Of a stretch of 64,000 nt of DNA, positions 28,988 through 39,480 are shown piece by piece (position 1 is the stretch's first letter; every line of letters starts with the position of its first letter). The notes under the pieces were generated by a model. That model did no database searches and had not been told where the DNA came from. It saw only the letters and a program-made list of their open reading frames with translations. Made by a program: the position numbers and the translations under genes. Source of the stretch: Candidatus Spongiisociaceae bacterium (GTDB taxonomy: Bacteria > Actinomycetota > Acidimicrobiia > Spongiisociales > Spongiisociaceae); NCBI GenBank assembly GCA_965262915.1, contig OZ253564.1, positions 1,280,001 to 1,344,000 of the forward strand. The letters are read 5' to 3'.

Positions 28988-29937
28988 ATCCCTCCTGCGA
29001 TCTCCGCTTTGATGTGCTCGTCGGCCATCAGCCTCTGCCCGGACGGGCTGAGGATCGCACCGATCACGCCCGTCAGCGCGAGGCCTCCTCCGACGACGTG
29101 CATCATGGTGATCGGCTCCGAGAGTAACCACCAGGCCAGTCCGCTCGCTAACACCGGCTCGCCCCGGAGTATGAGGGGCGGGATGTTGGCGGGGAGCCAG
29201 CGGTAGGACCAGGTCATCAGCAACAGCCCGAAGCCTCCCGGAATAGCTGTCATGTATGCCAGCAGAATCCAGTCGCGGTCGGAGACCGGACCGATGTTCC
29301 AACCGGTTGCCGCCACGTAGATCGTGACCACGACCCCGGCGACACCGAAGATACTCCAGAGCAGGGTGAACGCGTCCAGGTGCGTCCTGGCGATCTTCAG
29401 GCACACCATGTAGAAGGCCCAGCCGATCAGCGAGACTCCGGCTATCGCCATGCCGAGCGGGTTTCCCTCGATACCGGTCGATCCCCCGTACGCAACTATT
29501 CCGGCTCCGGCCACTGCCAGCAAAGCCCATAAGTGGAAGCGGCGGCCCGGTCGTTCTCCAAGGATCGGAAACGCTACGAGGCTGACCAGCAAAGGCATCA
29601 GGGAAGTCAACAATACGACGTCGGTTACCGAAGTGAGCTTCATCGCGGTGAACATCGTCGGTTGGGCAAAGCCGGCGAGCAGTCCCGGCCAGATCGCCCA
29701 ACGGAGGGAGGCCAGAGGCGGTCGGACGCCGAACCAGACTGCCCGGACAACCACGATGACGCCGAATGCCAGCACGATGCACCAGATGCGCCAGAAAGAG
29801 AACTGTACCCCCGTAAGATCGGATGCCTGGATTACGACCAATCCGGTGCTCATGACCACGACCGCGATGCTCATCCCCGCCAGTGGTGCGTTCAGGCGTC
29901 TAGCACCAGGTGTCTTGTCCAAAGGGAGATCCGTCAA
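28984..29937 (-). CDS. DMT/EamA family transporter
   Basis: About 10 hydrophobic helices; PLLVSLVAFPILGER, EPVLASGLAWWLLSE. Confidence 0.9.
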   Translation of the reverse strand: MTDLPLDKTPGARRLNAPLAGMSIAVVVMSTGLVVIQASDLTGVQFSFWRIWCIVLAFGVIVVVRAVWFGVRPPLASLRWAIWPGLLAGFAQPTMFTAMKLTSVTDVVLLTSLMPLLVSLVAFPILGERPGRRFHLWALLAVAGAGIVAYGGSTGIEGNPLGMAIAGVSLIGWAFYMVCLKIARTHLDAFTLLWSIFGVAGVVVTIYVAATGWNIGPVSDRDWILLAYMTAIPGGFGLLLMTWSYRWLPANIPPLILRGEPVLASGLAWWLLSEPITMMHVVGGGLALTGVIGAILSPSGQRLMADEHIKAEIAGGI

Positions 29938-30022
29938 CCAGCTGTCCTCTCAATGGGTCGGGAAGTGCGGATCCCGACCCGGAACAAGAGACTAGCTGCG
30001 ACCTGTCGGCCTCCCTGAGGGG

Positions 30023-30676
30023 CTAGCCGCGAATGAACCCGTCGACGATCTCGACGAACTCCTCCGGGTACTCGTCTGCAACGTCGACGCCCGCGCCGGG
30101 CATGGGGGCGAAGTGGCCGTTGGCAAACAACCCTGCTCCGGTAGTGCGGTTGTCCTCCCAGAAATGATCCCGGTTGCCGCAGATCACCAGGGTGGGGGCG
30201 GTCACCCGCTTGGCCACCTCGACCTCGTCGGTCCTTCCGATGGTGTGGTAGGCGTAGGACCACTCGGGTCCCACTTGGAGGCGGGCGATCATGGTCCGCC
30301 GGGCGATATCGCTGTTGTAAGCCAAGCGATCCCCCGGCTCGGCGAGCATCTCGCTCATGTCCCAACGGTTGATCCAGGCCTGCAGGACTTCGTTGCCCTC
30401 CCGGTCGTAGACGCGGGGCTTGGCGTTGCTCATGTACTCCCGGTTGATGAAGGCGAAGTGCTCGTTCTTCTCGGGAACCTGGGGTAGACCGTAGAAGAGC
30501 AGATGGGTGACCCTGTCGGGATAGTCGGCTGCTATCCAGAGGGCCACTGTGGCACCGAAGTGGTGGCCCAGGACGCTGTAGCGATCTATACCGAGCAGTC
30601 GGGTGACCCCGTCGACCCGCCGGGCGTACTCGGGCCCGTCGGGCTGGCTGGGAGGCGGATAGGATTGACCGTGGCC
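30023..30676 (-). pseudogene. Alpha/beta hydrolase (GHHFG elbow) lacking its N-terminus, which is replaced by the dispersed repeat
   Basis: Homology begins abruptly at GHGQS next to the repeat end GAGGACTGGC. Confidence 0.7.
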
Positions 30677-30800
30677 AGTCCTCGATGATCGGTTCTGTGG
30701 CCACCGACGGGACGGACAGGTCACCAACTCAGCTCAAAGACACCGAGCATCCTTCAGTCCCGCCAGTCACCACTGACCACTGACACCTGACACCTGACAC
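30674..30800 (-). repeat. Dispersed ~110-bp repeat, copy 1, with heptamer tail
   Basis: Reverse complement is near-identical to 50756-50862; flanked by TGACCAC/TGACACC heptamers. Confidence 0.9.
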
Positions 30801-30815
30801 ACCTATTCTCCCGAC

Positions 30816-32179
30816 ATGACCGTTACCCGATGCATGGCGACCGAAGTTGCCCGATCCGAGTTCGACAACCTCCCTCTCGAGGCCGTATCGATGGTCAAGC
30901 AGGCGTTGATGGACGATGTAGGGGTGGCGTTGCTGGCCTACCGCTATCTCGATGAACCGCTGGTCCGTTTCGCCCGGGAGGTGGGAGGAGTTGCCGAAGC
31001 CACACTGATGGGCGACGGTGCCCGCGTCTCCGCCGGTCTGGCGGCCGGGGTGAACGCGGAGATGGCGTCGCACTCCGACTTCGAGGAGTCCGGTCCGGGA
31101 GTCCACGCCTTCTCGCCGATAGGCCAGACGGCAGTGGCGGTCGCCGAGCGGGTAGGGGGGTCGGGCCGTGAGATCATCACCGCCATCGCGGTGAGCTACG
31201 AGATCAACGGTCGCTTTGCCCGTAACCTCGCGGATACGAGGCCGCTCATCCACCTCTTTCCCGCCCATTTCCGGCGTCATCTGATCGTCAACCCGGCGCT
31301 GGCCGCCGCCAGGTTCCTGAGGCTGGATGCGGACGCCATCAATCGGGTGATCGGCTTGGCCTGGACCATGGTGCCTCCCGACATGGAGCACATCTATCTG
31401 ACGCCCCGGCTGGGCTGGCCCAACAGCCAGCACAACCTGTGGAGCTGCCAGATAGGGATCCAGTCGGCCATGCTGGTCGCCGCGGGTTCGGGAGGCCCGC
31501 CCGACATCCTCGACGACGGAGCGGCTGACACCTACGACCTTGCCCGCTTGGTCGAGTCCCCCTCGCCCTATTACTACCTGACCCGCGAGATTACTACCTG
31601 ACCCGCGAGTTCAACTTCAAGCCCTGGATCGGCAGCTACGGCTTCATGGGCGGCATGCAGATAGCGGGGCGGCTGACGACGCAACATCGGATCGAGCCCT
31701 CCTCGATCGACCGTGTCGTGTTCCGCGGTAGCGCGGTCTACAACGATCCGGACAGCATCTTCATCGACCCCGAACCGGACACGGCCTGGAAGGCCCTCGG
31801 ATGCGTACCGTGGGCCATCGCCAACGTGATCCTCGGCCATCCGGCCGGCCCGGACTGGTTGGCCCCGGAGAGCCTGGCCGATCCGCAACGCCGCGCTCTA
31901 GCCCGGCGCGTGAGGCTGGAGACCTCCGAAAGCCCCTACGTCAACGAGGTCGAGATATCGGCCGGTGGCGAGACCTACCGGGGCAGGATCCGGCGGGAGG
32001 ACTACCTGGGCAGCCCCCGCAACCCCATGACCCGGGAACAACTGGAGGCCAAGTTCGTACGGAACGCGTCGGTCGTGGTCGGCGACTCCCGGGCGAGGGA
32101 AATGGCGGCCGTCTTCGGCGCTCTTGAGGAATTGGACGACATCCGCAAGCTCACCCGGCTGTTCTCGCCATCGCCCTGA
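30816..32179 (+). pseudogene. MmgE/PrpD family gene frameshifted by a 20-bp tandem duplication
   Basis: ATTACTACCTGACCCGCGAG at 31570-89 and 31590-609; removing one copy restores YYYLTREFNFKPWIG. Confidence 0.9.
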
Positions 32180-32305
32180 CGGTCACGCCCCACTTGCATT
32201 CGAAGGCGGTGTCAGACCGGTATCGGGCTAGGAAGGACCAGGAGTCTCCATCATTGGATTGTGTTCTATTGGTCAAAGAGGTATGAAGCGGGTTTAGTTC
32301 GGTTA

Positions 32306-32343
32306 TGTCATAGGTATCGTGTATGATACGAACATATGTACGA
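32306..32343 (+). promoter_or_regulatory. DNA-damage promoter: RecA-NDp/PafBC-like motif plus a LexA box
   Basis: TGTCAT-N10-TATGAT (32306-32327) and CGAAC-ATAT-GTACG (32329-32342) overlapping the ATG. Confidence 0.6.
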
Positions 32344-33705
32344 CTTCCTACTCGACATCGCCGATCAGGACACCATCCAACCCGCCCCTGTGATCGCGCC
32401 GGTGGGGGATCGGTCGCATCTCGATGTGTATATGACCCGCTATCAGAAGCAGCGGCAGCGTGTCTATGACCGGGCCCGGCATCTGGTCGATGGCCGCAAC
32501 CATTCCCGTGTTGAGGTGCGGGATGCCAAGGCCGAAGCGGGCTTAGTCGGTAGCGAGGCCAGGATCAGCCGGGAGCGGGGAGCCCAGCTCATGTGGGTGC
32601 GTAGCTTGGTGCAAAACACGGCGCGGTCCGGTACGGGTATCGCAGCACGGTAGACCTGGTGGTCTCCCGTGCCGATATGCATCGTTCGACGGCGCGGGAT
32701 CTGGTGTATCTGGCGCAGCGGCTGCGCGAGGGCGAGATCGAGCGGATACGGGCGGGTGAGGTCTCCTACACCCGGGTGTTGGAGGAGACCCGCCTCGGTG
32801 AGGCCGGCGCCCCGGCGGAGGAGATCGCCCGAACCCGGGATATGGACCTCGACTCGGTGAGACGGGTCGCACAGAAGCGCCGCAAGGTGACCCGCAGCGA
32901 CGAGCGGAAGGCCTTCGAGAGCCAGTATGTGGCGTTCCAGCCGTCGTTGGACGGTACCCACATGCGGGTGATGGGACGGCTGGGCGCTTACGAAGGAGAG
33001 ATCTGCCGCAAAGCCCTCGACCGGCCGGGCGATGAGATGGTACCGGCGGGTGAAACCCGGCCCGAAGCGGGAACACGCCGAGCGTTGGCGCTCACCACAC
33101 TATGTATGGACGAACTGGACCGCAGCCCCACCTCCACCCGAACAGGCGAGGGCACTGTTCCTTCAGGAAGCCGTCGGGAGCCCCTCCTCATGGTGGTAGC
33201 CGACGGCCCCCTAACCCAGGCATCCGACTTCGAGCAGGGCGCCGCGATCCTCGCCGGACCGCGGGTCGGACCCGACACCATCGACCTCATCCTCTGTACT
33301 GGCAGAACCGCAAACATCACTACCACAGGACAGCACATCACCAACCACACCTCGACCACTTCCATACGCCCCGGGTTGCGGAGAGCGGTCCTCGCCCGCG
33401 ACGACGGATGCACCATCGACGGCTGCAGCTCCACCTACCGTCTCGAAGTCCACCACATCCTCGAACTATCAAAGGGCGGGGACAACTCGGCGGAGAACCT
33501 CACCACCCTGTGCTGGTGGCACCACCACGTCGCCGTACACCGCCAAGGCATGCGCATCGACCCCCAATCCCCACCCCGCAGAAGACGGCTACTACACCCC
33601 CGGGCCAACTGCGGCTACCAACCCCCACCCCCCGCCCCCCACACCCTCGCCATACTCCGCGCCCTCAACACACCCACCAACCGTGCCCCACCCCGACCGG
33701 GGTAG
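32336..33705 (+). pseudogene. DUF222/13E12-like HNH endonuclease gene with a frameshift near 32600-32660
   Basis: LRRAVLARDDGCTIDGC...EVHHILELSKGGDNSAENLTTLCWWHH; the two ORFs are in different frames; C-rich 3' end. Confidence 0.75.
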
Positions 33706-33766
33706 TGACCGCCTAGCCGAATTGGTGGTCCCGCTGATCGGGGACTGCCTAGTCTCCTGCGCGAGG

Positions 33767-34424
33767 ATGAAACCGACCAAGCTTCCCCCCTCGGCTATTA
33801 CCTGGCGTATGAAGCGCGCAACTGGCCGGAGTGTCGGGTGACCGCATCGGCCAATGGGCACGATACGGCTACATATGTTCGTCGCAGTCTGATGGCCCGC
33901 CACGGATCTACTCGTACCAGGACGTAGCCGAGGCGATCGTGGTCCATGGGCTGATTCGCGACGGTATGCCGATGAGGAACGTTCGCATGGCAGTCTGGAA
34001 CCTACGGGATGAGTTCGGACCCTGGCCGCTTCAGGACGCACCCCTGTACCGCGAACTGGATCGTCGGATCCTGCTGCTGGACTCGGGCGAACTGTGGGAA
34101 GTTGACGCCAAGAAGATGCCGGGGCACGGTGTGATCTACCCGACGGTGCAGCAAGACCTCAAGCAGATCGCCCCCGACCTTCGTAGAGGAGGCTGGGCAG
34201 TTTGCGAACGCCCCGACCTCGAACACATCGAGGTCAACCCGCAGCGGCTGTCCGGTCGCCCCACCATCAAGGGCCGTCGCATACCGGCCCGTTTCGTTGC
34301 AGAGACGGCCCGAACCGCCGGCGGCAGGGAGCTACTCCGGACAGATTTCGACCTCGAACCATCTCAGATCGACGACGCGGTCTCCTGGCTCGAATCCGTC
34401 GACTCAAATCTCGCTGCCGCATAG
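33767..34424 (+). CDS. MerR-like HTH + DUF433 protein (VapB45-like antitoxin); 5' end carries apparent indels
   Basis: YSYQDVAEA, IEVNPQRLSGRPTIKGRRIP; upstream ATG 33767 (MKPTKLPP..YYLAYEA) is out of frame; no downstream PIN toxin. Confidence 0.7.
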
Positions 34425-34507
34425 TTCGTGCGGGCCCGTCCCGCCTCCGTTAGTAACATCATCATGTCCCGGCATGGTGGCCGGCTGGAGTCCTGGGGAG
34501 GCGGAAC

Positions 34508-34918
34508 ATGGAAGCGGTGCTGATCATCGGACGGATTCTCTTCTCTCTGATATTCCTAGGGGCCGGGATAGGTCACCTCGTCAAGCCCAAGGAAACGGCC
34601 GCGTATGCCGAGTTAAGAGGCGTTCCTGCTGCTGACTGGCGAGTCCGCGTCTCGGGTGTACTCATCGCCGCGGGCGGCCTCGGTGTCATCCTCGGTGTGT
34701 GGATGGACCTCGCCGCGCTCGGACTAACCGCCTACGTACTGATCGCCGCCTTCCTGGTTCATCACTTCTGGTCCGACGAAGAGCCCACCAGGACTACGGA
34801 AATGGCCATGTTCATGAAGAACCTCGCCATCGCCGGCGCCGGTTTGATCATCTTCGCACTGTCGGCCAGAGGCGCCGACATGGGCTGGGAACTGGGAACC
34901 AGCGCCTTCAACCTCTGA
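34508..34918 (+). CDS. DoxX family membrane protein
   Basis: GRILFSLIFLGAGIGHL, HHFW, FMKNLAIAG. Confidence 0.9.
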   Translation: MEAVLIIGRILFSLIFLGAGIGHLVKPKETAAYAELRGVPAADWRVRVSGVLIAAGGLGVILGVWMDLAALGLTAYVLIAAFLVHHFWSDEEPTRTTEMAMFMKNLAIAGAGLIIFALSARGADMGWELGTSAFNL

Positions 34919-34936
34919 GCCGATATCATTGGAGTC

Positions 34937-35200
34937 ATGGCTTCGGCTGAGATGATTCGCGGTGCCCGGCATCGGTCGGGCCTCTCGCTCCCGGCTCTCG
35001 CCGAGCGAGTCGGCATCCCGAATTCGGAGATGGCGGCTTACGAGACCGGGACGGAGACTCCCGATCCCGAGATACTGGATTGGATCCTCGCCTGCGCCGC
35101 CCTTGATCGAGGCGAGGAGTTGGAGGCCCTTCTCGAACTCGCCGAGCAGTTCCCCGCCCGATACAGGCCCACACTCGAGTATCCCGTGTTCGGTCGGTGA
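34937..35200 (+). CDS. XRE HTH protein (putative antitoxin)
   Basis: IRGARHRSGLSLPALAERVG...AYETG; GTGA overlap with the next gene. Confidence 0.8.
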   Translation: MASAEMIRGARHRSGLSLPALAERVGIPNSEMAAYETGTETPDPEILDWILACAALDRGEELEALLELAEQFPARYRPTLEYPVFGR

Positions 35201-35724
35201 ACCTCACCGAGCGCATAGTTGCCATCCATGAAGCCTTGGAGTCCGGCCGTATCCCTCACGCCTTCGGTGGTGCCCTTGCGCTGGCCTGGTGTGTCCCCCG
35301 TCCCCGGGCCACCATCGACATAGACGTGAATCTGTTCGTGAAGAAGGCGGACGCGGTGGCGGCATTGGAAGCACTTCCTCAAGGCATAGCTGTGAGCGCA
35401 GCAACTCATCGGGCAATCGCTAGAGACGGTCAGGCCCGGCTCCGGTGGAATGAGACACCCGTCGATGTCTTCTTCAACACCACGTCCTTCCACGACGAGG
35501 TAGCTCAGCGGGTACGGCGGGAGTTCTTCGGTGGATCCTGGATTCCGTTCCTCGCATGCCGCGACTTGGCGGTCTTCAAGGCTTTCTTCAACCGATCCCA
35601 GGACTGGGTGGACCTCGAGAACATGGTCGTGTCCCGGAGCATCGACGTCGAAGAGGTGGCGGATACACTCGCCCACCACCTTGGCGCTGACGATCTCCGG
35701 GTTCGCCGCCTTCGCAGCTTGTGA
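35197..35724 (+). CDS. Nucleotidyltransferase-fold protein (putative toxin)
   Basis: GGALALAW...PRATIDIDV, LAVFKAFFNRSQDWVDLE. Confidence 0.75.
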   Translation: MNLTERIVAIHEALESGRIPHAFGGALALAWCVPRPRATIDIDVNLFVKKADAVAALEALPQGIAVSAATHRAIARDGQARLRWNETPVDVFFNTTSFHDEVAQRVRREFFGGSWIPFLACRDLAVFKAFFNRSQDWVDLENMVVSRSIDVEEVADTLAHHLGADDLRVRRLRSL

Positions 35725-35894
35725 ATACGTCCGCTGTCTGCGAAGGGCTTCGGTCCGCGGTGGGTGCTGACCGAGGCTTCCGGGCATCCGCCCTGCGTCG
35801 GCTCCCTGCCTACCGATTCCCGTAGCGGGTCCGCCCAAGGGCTGGAGGTGCCCACTGGTAGAGTCGCAGCGCTCGTCTGAGGAGGGTTCCGGCT

Positions 35895-37088
35895 ATCGAA
35901 GGATCACTGCCACTGGAGGGGATACGCGTCGTTGATGCGTCGACCCTGATCGCCGGGCCTCTGGCGGCCACGATCCTGTCCGACTTCGGTGCCGACGTGA
36001 TCAAGATCGAGCATCCCCGTGGGGATCCGATCCGAGATCACGGTCATGCGAAGGACGGGGTTCCGCTGTGGTGGAAGGTTGTTGGGCGCAACAAGCGTGC
36101 CGTGACCCTTAACCTGTCCAAGGAGGCCGGCCAGGAGATCCTCATCAAGCTCGTCGAGCGGTCCGATGTGCTAATCGAGAACTTCCGGCCGGGAACGTTC
36201 GAGCGGTGGAACCTGAGGCCGGAGCGGCTGCACGCCGTCAACCCCCGGCTCATCATCACCCGTGTTACCGGGTTCGGCCAGTTCGGGCCCTACTCGTCGA
36301 GACCAGGCTTCGGGACCCTTGCCGAGTCGATGAGCGGATTCGCTCACATGACCGGAGAGCCCGACGGGCCACCCACCCTGCCGCCTTTCGGACTGGCCGA
36401 CGGCATCGCTGCCCAGGCCACTGCCAACGCCATCCTCATGTGCCTCTACAACCGCGATGCGCGCGACGGCGGCGGGCAGATCATCGACGTGGCGATCATC
36501 GAGCCGATCCTCACTGTGCTCGGTTCCCAACCGACTGTCTACGACCAGTTGGGGATCGCGCAGCGCCGCTCCGGCAACCGTTCAGTGAACAACGCTCCCC
36601 GCAATACCTACAAGACCAGGGATGGACACTGGGTAGCTATCTCGACCAGCGCCCAGAGTGTGGCGGAACGGGTGATGAGGTTGGTGGGGCACCCCGAGGT
36701 GATCGCCGAGCCGTGGTTCGACTCGGGTCGGGAGCGCGCCAAACACGCCGACTTGCTCGACGGCTACGTCGGATCGTGGATCGGGAGTCGGGATCTAGGG
36801 GAGGTGGTGGACGCTTTTGAGAAGGCCCAGGCTGCGGTTGCACCGATCTACGACGCGAAAGGAATCCTCGACGACCCCCAGTACCAGGCCCTCGAATCGA
36901 TAGTCACCATCGAGGACCCCGAGTTGGGGCCAGTGAAGATGCAGAACGTGATGTTCCGGCTCAGCGAGACTCCCGGCCACATTCGTTGGGCGGGGAGGCC
37001 ACTTGGCGCAAACAATCGTTCCGTTTACGCGGAACTTGGACTCTCGGAACGCGAGATCGACGACTTGGCTGGTGCCGGGGTGATCTGA
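35895..37088 (+). CDS. CaiB/BaiF class III CoA transferase (start uncertain)
   Basis: PLEGIRVVDASTLIAGP...DFGADVIKIEHP, RNKRAVTLNL, ENFRPG; homology starts upstream of the called GTG at 35997. Confidence 0.9.
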   Translation: MEGSLPLEGIRVVDASTLIAGPLAATILSDFGADVIKIEHPRGDPIRDHGHAKDGVPLWWKVVGRNKRAVTLNLSKEAGQEILIKLVERSDVLIENFRPGTFERWNLRPERLHAVNPRLIITRVTGFGQFGPYSSRPGFGTLAESMSGFAHMTGEPDGPPTLPPFGLADGIAAQATANAILMCLYNRDARDGGGQIIDVAIIEPILTVLGSQPTVYDQLGIAQRRSGNRSVNNAPRNTYKTRDGHWVAISTSAQSVAERVMRLVGHPEVIAEPWFDSGRERAKHADLLDGYVGSWIGSRDLGEVVDAFEKAQAAVAPIYDAKGILDDPQYQALESIVTIEDPELGPVKMQNVMFRLSETPGHIRWAGRPLGANNRSVYAELGLSEREIDDLAGAGVI

Positions 37089-37091
37089 GCC

Positions 37092-37892
37092 ATGGACCTT
37101 CAACAGCTGACCCGAGCTCGGGTCATCGATCTGGCCCATCCCATGGAACGGGGAATGCCGGTTTCCCCCAACCATCCGGCCTTCGAGATAGCGATGATGC
37201 GGCGGCATGGTGACGTGGTCCGCCCCGACGGTGGGTCGGCCGCCAACGAGATGATCACCCTCGGCGGTCACGTGGGTACCCACATCGACGCTTTGGGGCA
37301 TGTGTCACAGGACGGCCTGCTCCATGGTGGCGTTGAGGCCTCGGACGTGCAGACCAACCGCGGCCTCGGAGCTCTAGGAATCGACATGGTGGAACCCATC
37401 GTGGGCCGAGGGGTGCTGCTCGATGTGGCGGCGTTTCACGGGATCGAATGCCTTCCCCCTGCCTACGAGATCACTGTTGAGGATCTGGAGGCGGCCGAGC
37501 AGGCCGGTGGAGTGGGAGTGCGGACTGGGGACTCGGTGCTCATCAGGACAGGCTGGGCCGCGCACTGGGGTGATCCGGACCTGTTCCGGGGTCAGATCGA
37601 CGGTGCTCCGGGCCCAGGAGCCGCGGGGGGACGGTGGCTTGCCGACCGGCGCGTGCGCCTGGTGGGAGGAGAGACCATCGCCTTCGAGGTGATCCGCCCG
37701 GGCGCCGGTCACGCCACCTTGCCCGTCCACCGCATCCTGCTGGTGGAGGCCGGTATCCATATCGTCGAAACCATGAACCTGACGGAACTCGCGGCGACCG
37801 GATCGGCGGAGTTCGTGCTGGTGGTGGCCCCGCTCAAGATCGTGGGAGGCACCGGGTCGCCTATCCGCCCGATCGCGCTGATCGATGGCTGA
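37092..37892 (+). CDS. Cyclase / kynurenine formamidase-like metal hydrolase
   Basis: HVGTHIDALGH, LIRTGW, PLKIVGGTGSPIRP. Confidence 0.9.
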   Translation: MDLQQLTRARVIDLAHPMERGMPVSPNHPAFEIAMMRRHGDVVRPDGGSAANEMITLGGHVGTHIDALGHVSQDGLLHGGVEASDVQTNRGLGALGIDMVEPIVGRGVLLDVAAFHGIECLPPAYEITVEDLEAAEQAGGVGVRTGDSVLIRTGWAAHWGDPDLFRGQIDGAPGPGAAGGRWLADRRVRLVGGETIAFEVIRPGAGHATLPVHRILLVEAGIHIVETMNLTELAATGSAEFVLVVAPLKIVGGTGSPIRPIALIDG

Positions 37893-39315
37893 AGGTCTCG
37901 TAGTACGCCTCGGTCATTTCGCGGCGGCGCTACGCGACGCCGGTTTGAACGAGGATGTAGCCGCCAACGTGCACGACCGCATTCTGGACGTGCTCGGCGT
38001 CGGCCTTGCCGCCCGAGGTGAGGATGCGGGGAAGGCAACGCTCGGTCTGGTGCGAAGCCAGGGGGGAATTGCGGAGTCGACGGTGTGGGGTGAGCAGGAT
38101 CGGCTTCCCGCAGCTGCGGCGGCGCTGGTTAACGGGACCCATTGCCATGCCCTCGACTTCGACGACACCCACCTGCCTTCGGTGTTGCATCCGTCCGCCT
38201 CGGTGGTTCCGGCGGCCTTGGCCGCCGCCGAAGCGGTTGACGCGTCAGGCACCGAGTTGATGGCGGCGGTGGCCGCGGGCACCGAGATATGCATCAGGCT
38301 GGGAATGGCGTCCTACGATCCCGAGATCCGCAACTCGATCTTCTTCGAGAACGGTCTCCATGCAACCTCGGTCTGCGGAGCCTTGGCATCGGCCGCGGCG
38401 GCGGCTGCGCTGCTCGGACTGGACGGTGAAGGTATTGCCCACGCTATAGGCATAGCGGCGAGCATGGGGGCCGGGATCATCGAAGCCAACCGCACCGGGG
38501 GCAGTGTGAAGCGGATCCACTGCGGATGGGCGGCGCACGCCGGTGTGTCCGCCGCCCAACTGGCCTTGCACGGTTTGACTGGACCCCCGACCGTCCTCGA
38601 AGGCCGTTTCGGGTTCTACCGGGCCTATTCGGAAGGCCGTTTCGATACTGATGCGTTGGTGGGCGGACTGGGCGATAGATGGGATCTGCTACGGGTCTGG
38701 TACAAGCCATATCCGACCAACCACTTCACCCATGCCGGAATCGACGCCGCACTGGCCATTGTTGGCGAAGGCGTCGATACGGCCGATATCGAAGCGATCG
38801 AGCTGGGCGTTCCCCAGCCGGTGTTACGGACCATCGCCCAGCCGCCGGAAGTGAAGGCCCGCCCCACCAGCCCCTACACAGCCCGGTTCAGCGGCCCGTT
38901 CTGCGTGGCCGCCGCCCTCGTCGGGGGAGGCGGGCTCGGTGTCTATCTGGACGACTTCACCGCAGACACGATCAGGGATACCGAACGGATTCGCCTCGCC
39001 GGTCTGGTGACTTGCTATGCCGACGAGGAGGCCACCGACATCTTCCCCCACCAGTTCCCCGGCGTGCTGCGAGCCAGGCTGCGAGACGGTTCTGTGGTAG
39101 AGCATCGGGTGCGACACAATCGGGGCGGGCCCGAGAACCCCCTATCGGCCGAGCAACTGGCACTGAAGTTCAGGCTGAACGCCAATCTCTCCATGAGCCC
39201 ACCAGCCGTCGCTGCCATTCAGGAGGCAGTGAGTTCACTAGGGGTGGTCAGGGCTCGAGACCTTGCGGAAGTCCTTGCCGAGCCGGAGAGCCGGTCGCAA
39301 GCCGGTTCCGGCTAG
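37885..39315 (+). CDS. MmgE/PrpD family protein
   Basis: NGTHCHALDFDDTH, HPSASV, KPYPTNHFTH, GGPENPLS. Confidence 0.9.
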   Translation: MAEGLVVRLGHFAAALRDAGLNEDVAANVHDRILDVLGVGLAARGEDAGKATLGLVRSQGGIAESTVWGEQDRLPAAAAALVNGTHCHALDFDDTHLPSVLHPSASVVPAALAAAEAVDASGTELMAAVAAGTEICIRLGMASYDPEIRNSIFFENGLHATSVCGALASAAAAAALLGLDGEGIAHAIGIAASMGAGIIEANRTGGSVKRIHCGWAAHAGVSAAQLALHGLTGPPTVLEGRFGFYRAYSEGRFDTDALVGGLGDRWDLLRVWYKPYPTNHFTHAGIDAALAIVGEGVDTADIEAIELGVPQPVLRTIAQPPEVKARPTSPYTARFSGPFCVAAALVGGGGLGVYLDDFTADTIRDTERIRLAGLVTCYADEEATDIFPHQFPGVLRARLRDGSVVEHRVRHNRGGPENPLSAEQLALKFRLNANLSMSPPAVAAIQEAVSSLGVVRARDLAEVLAEPESRSQAGSG

Positions 39316-39363
39316 ACGCGCCGGACTTCATCCGGAGCGGTCCGCATTGTAGGACGGGTTCAC

Positions 39364-39447
39364 TCCAGACTGTGGGATAACACTCAGCCAAGTCGTTGAT
39401 TTACTGTTGTCCCTTCTGTGGGATAGATCGAGTCCAGACTGTAGGAT
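39364..39447. repeat. Three spaced direct repeats upstream of the AAA_14/DUF4143 gene
   Basis: TCCAGACTGTGGGAT (39364-78), CTGTGGGATA (39416-25), TCCAGACTGTAGGAT (39433-47). Confidence 0.65.
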
Positions 39448-39480
39448 CATCAGCAGAGGTAAGCGAAGAGGGTTAGCAGG

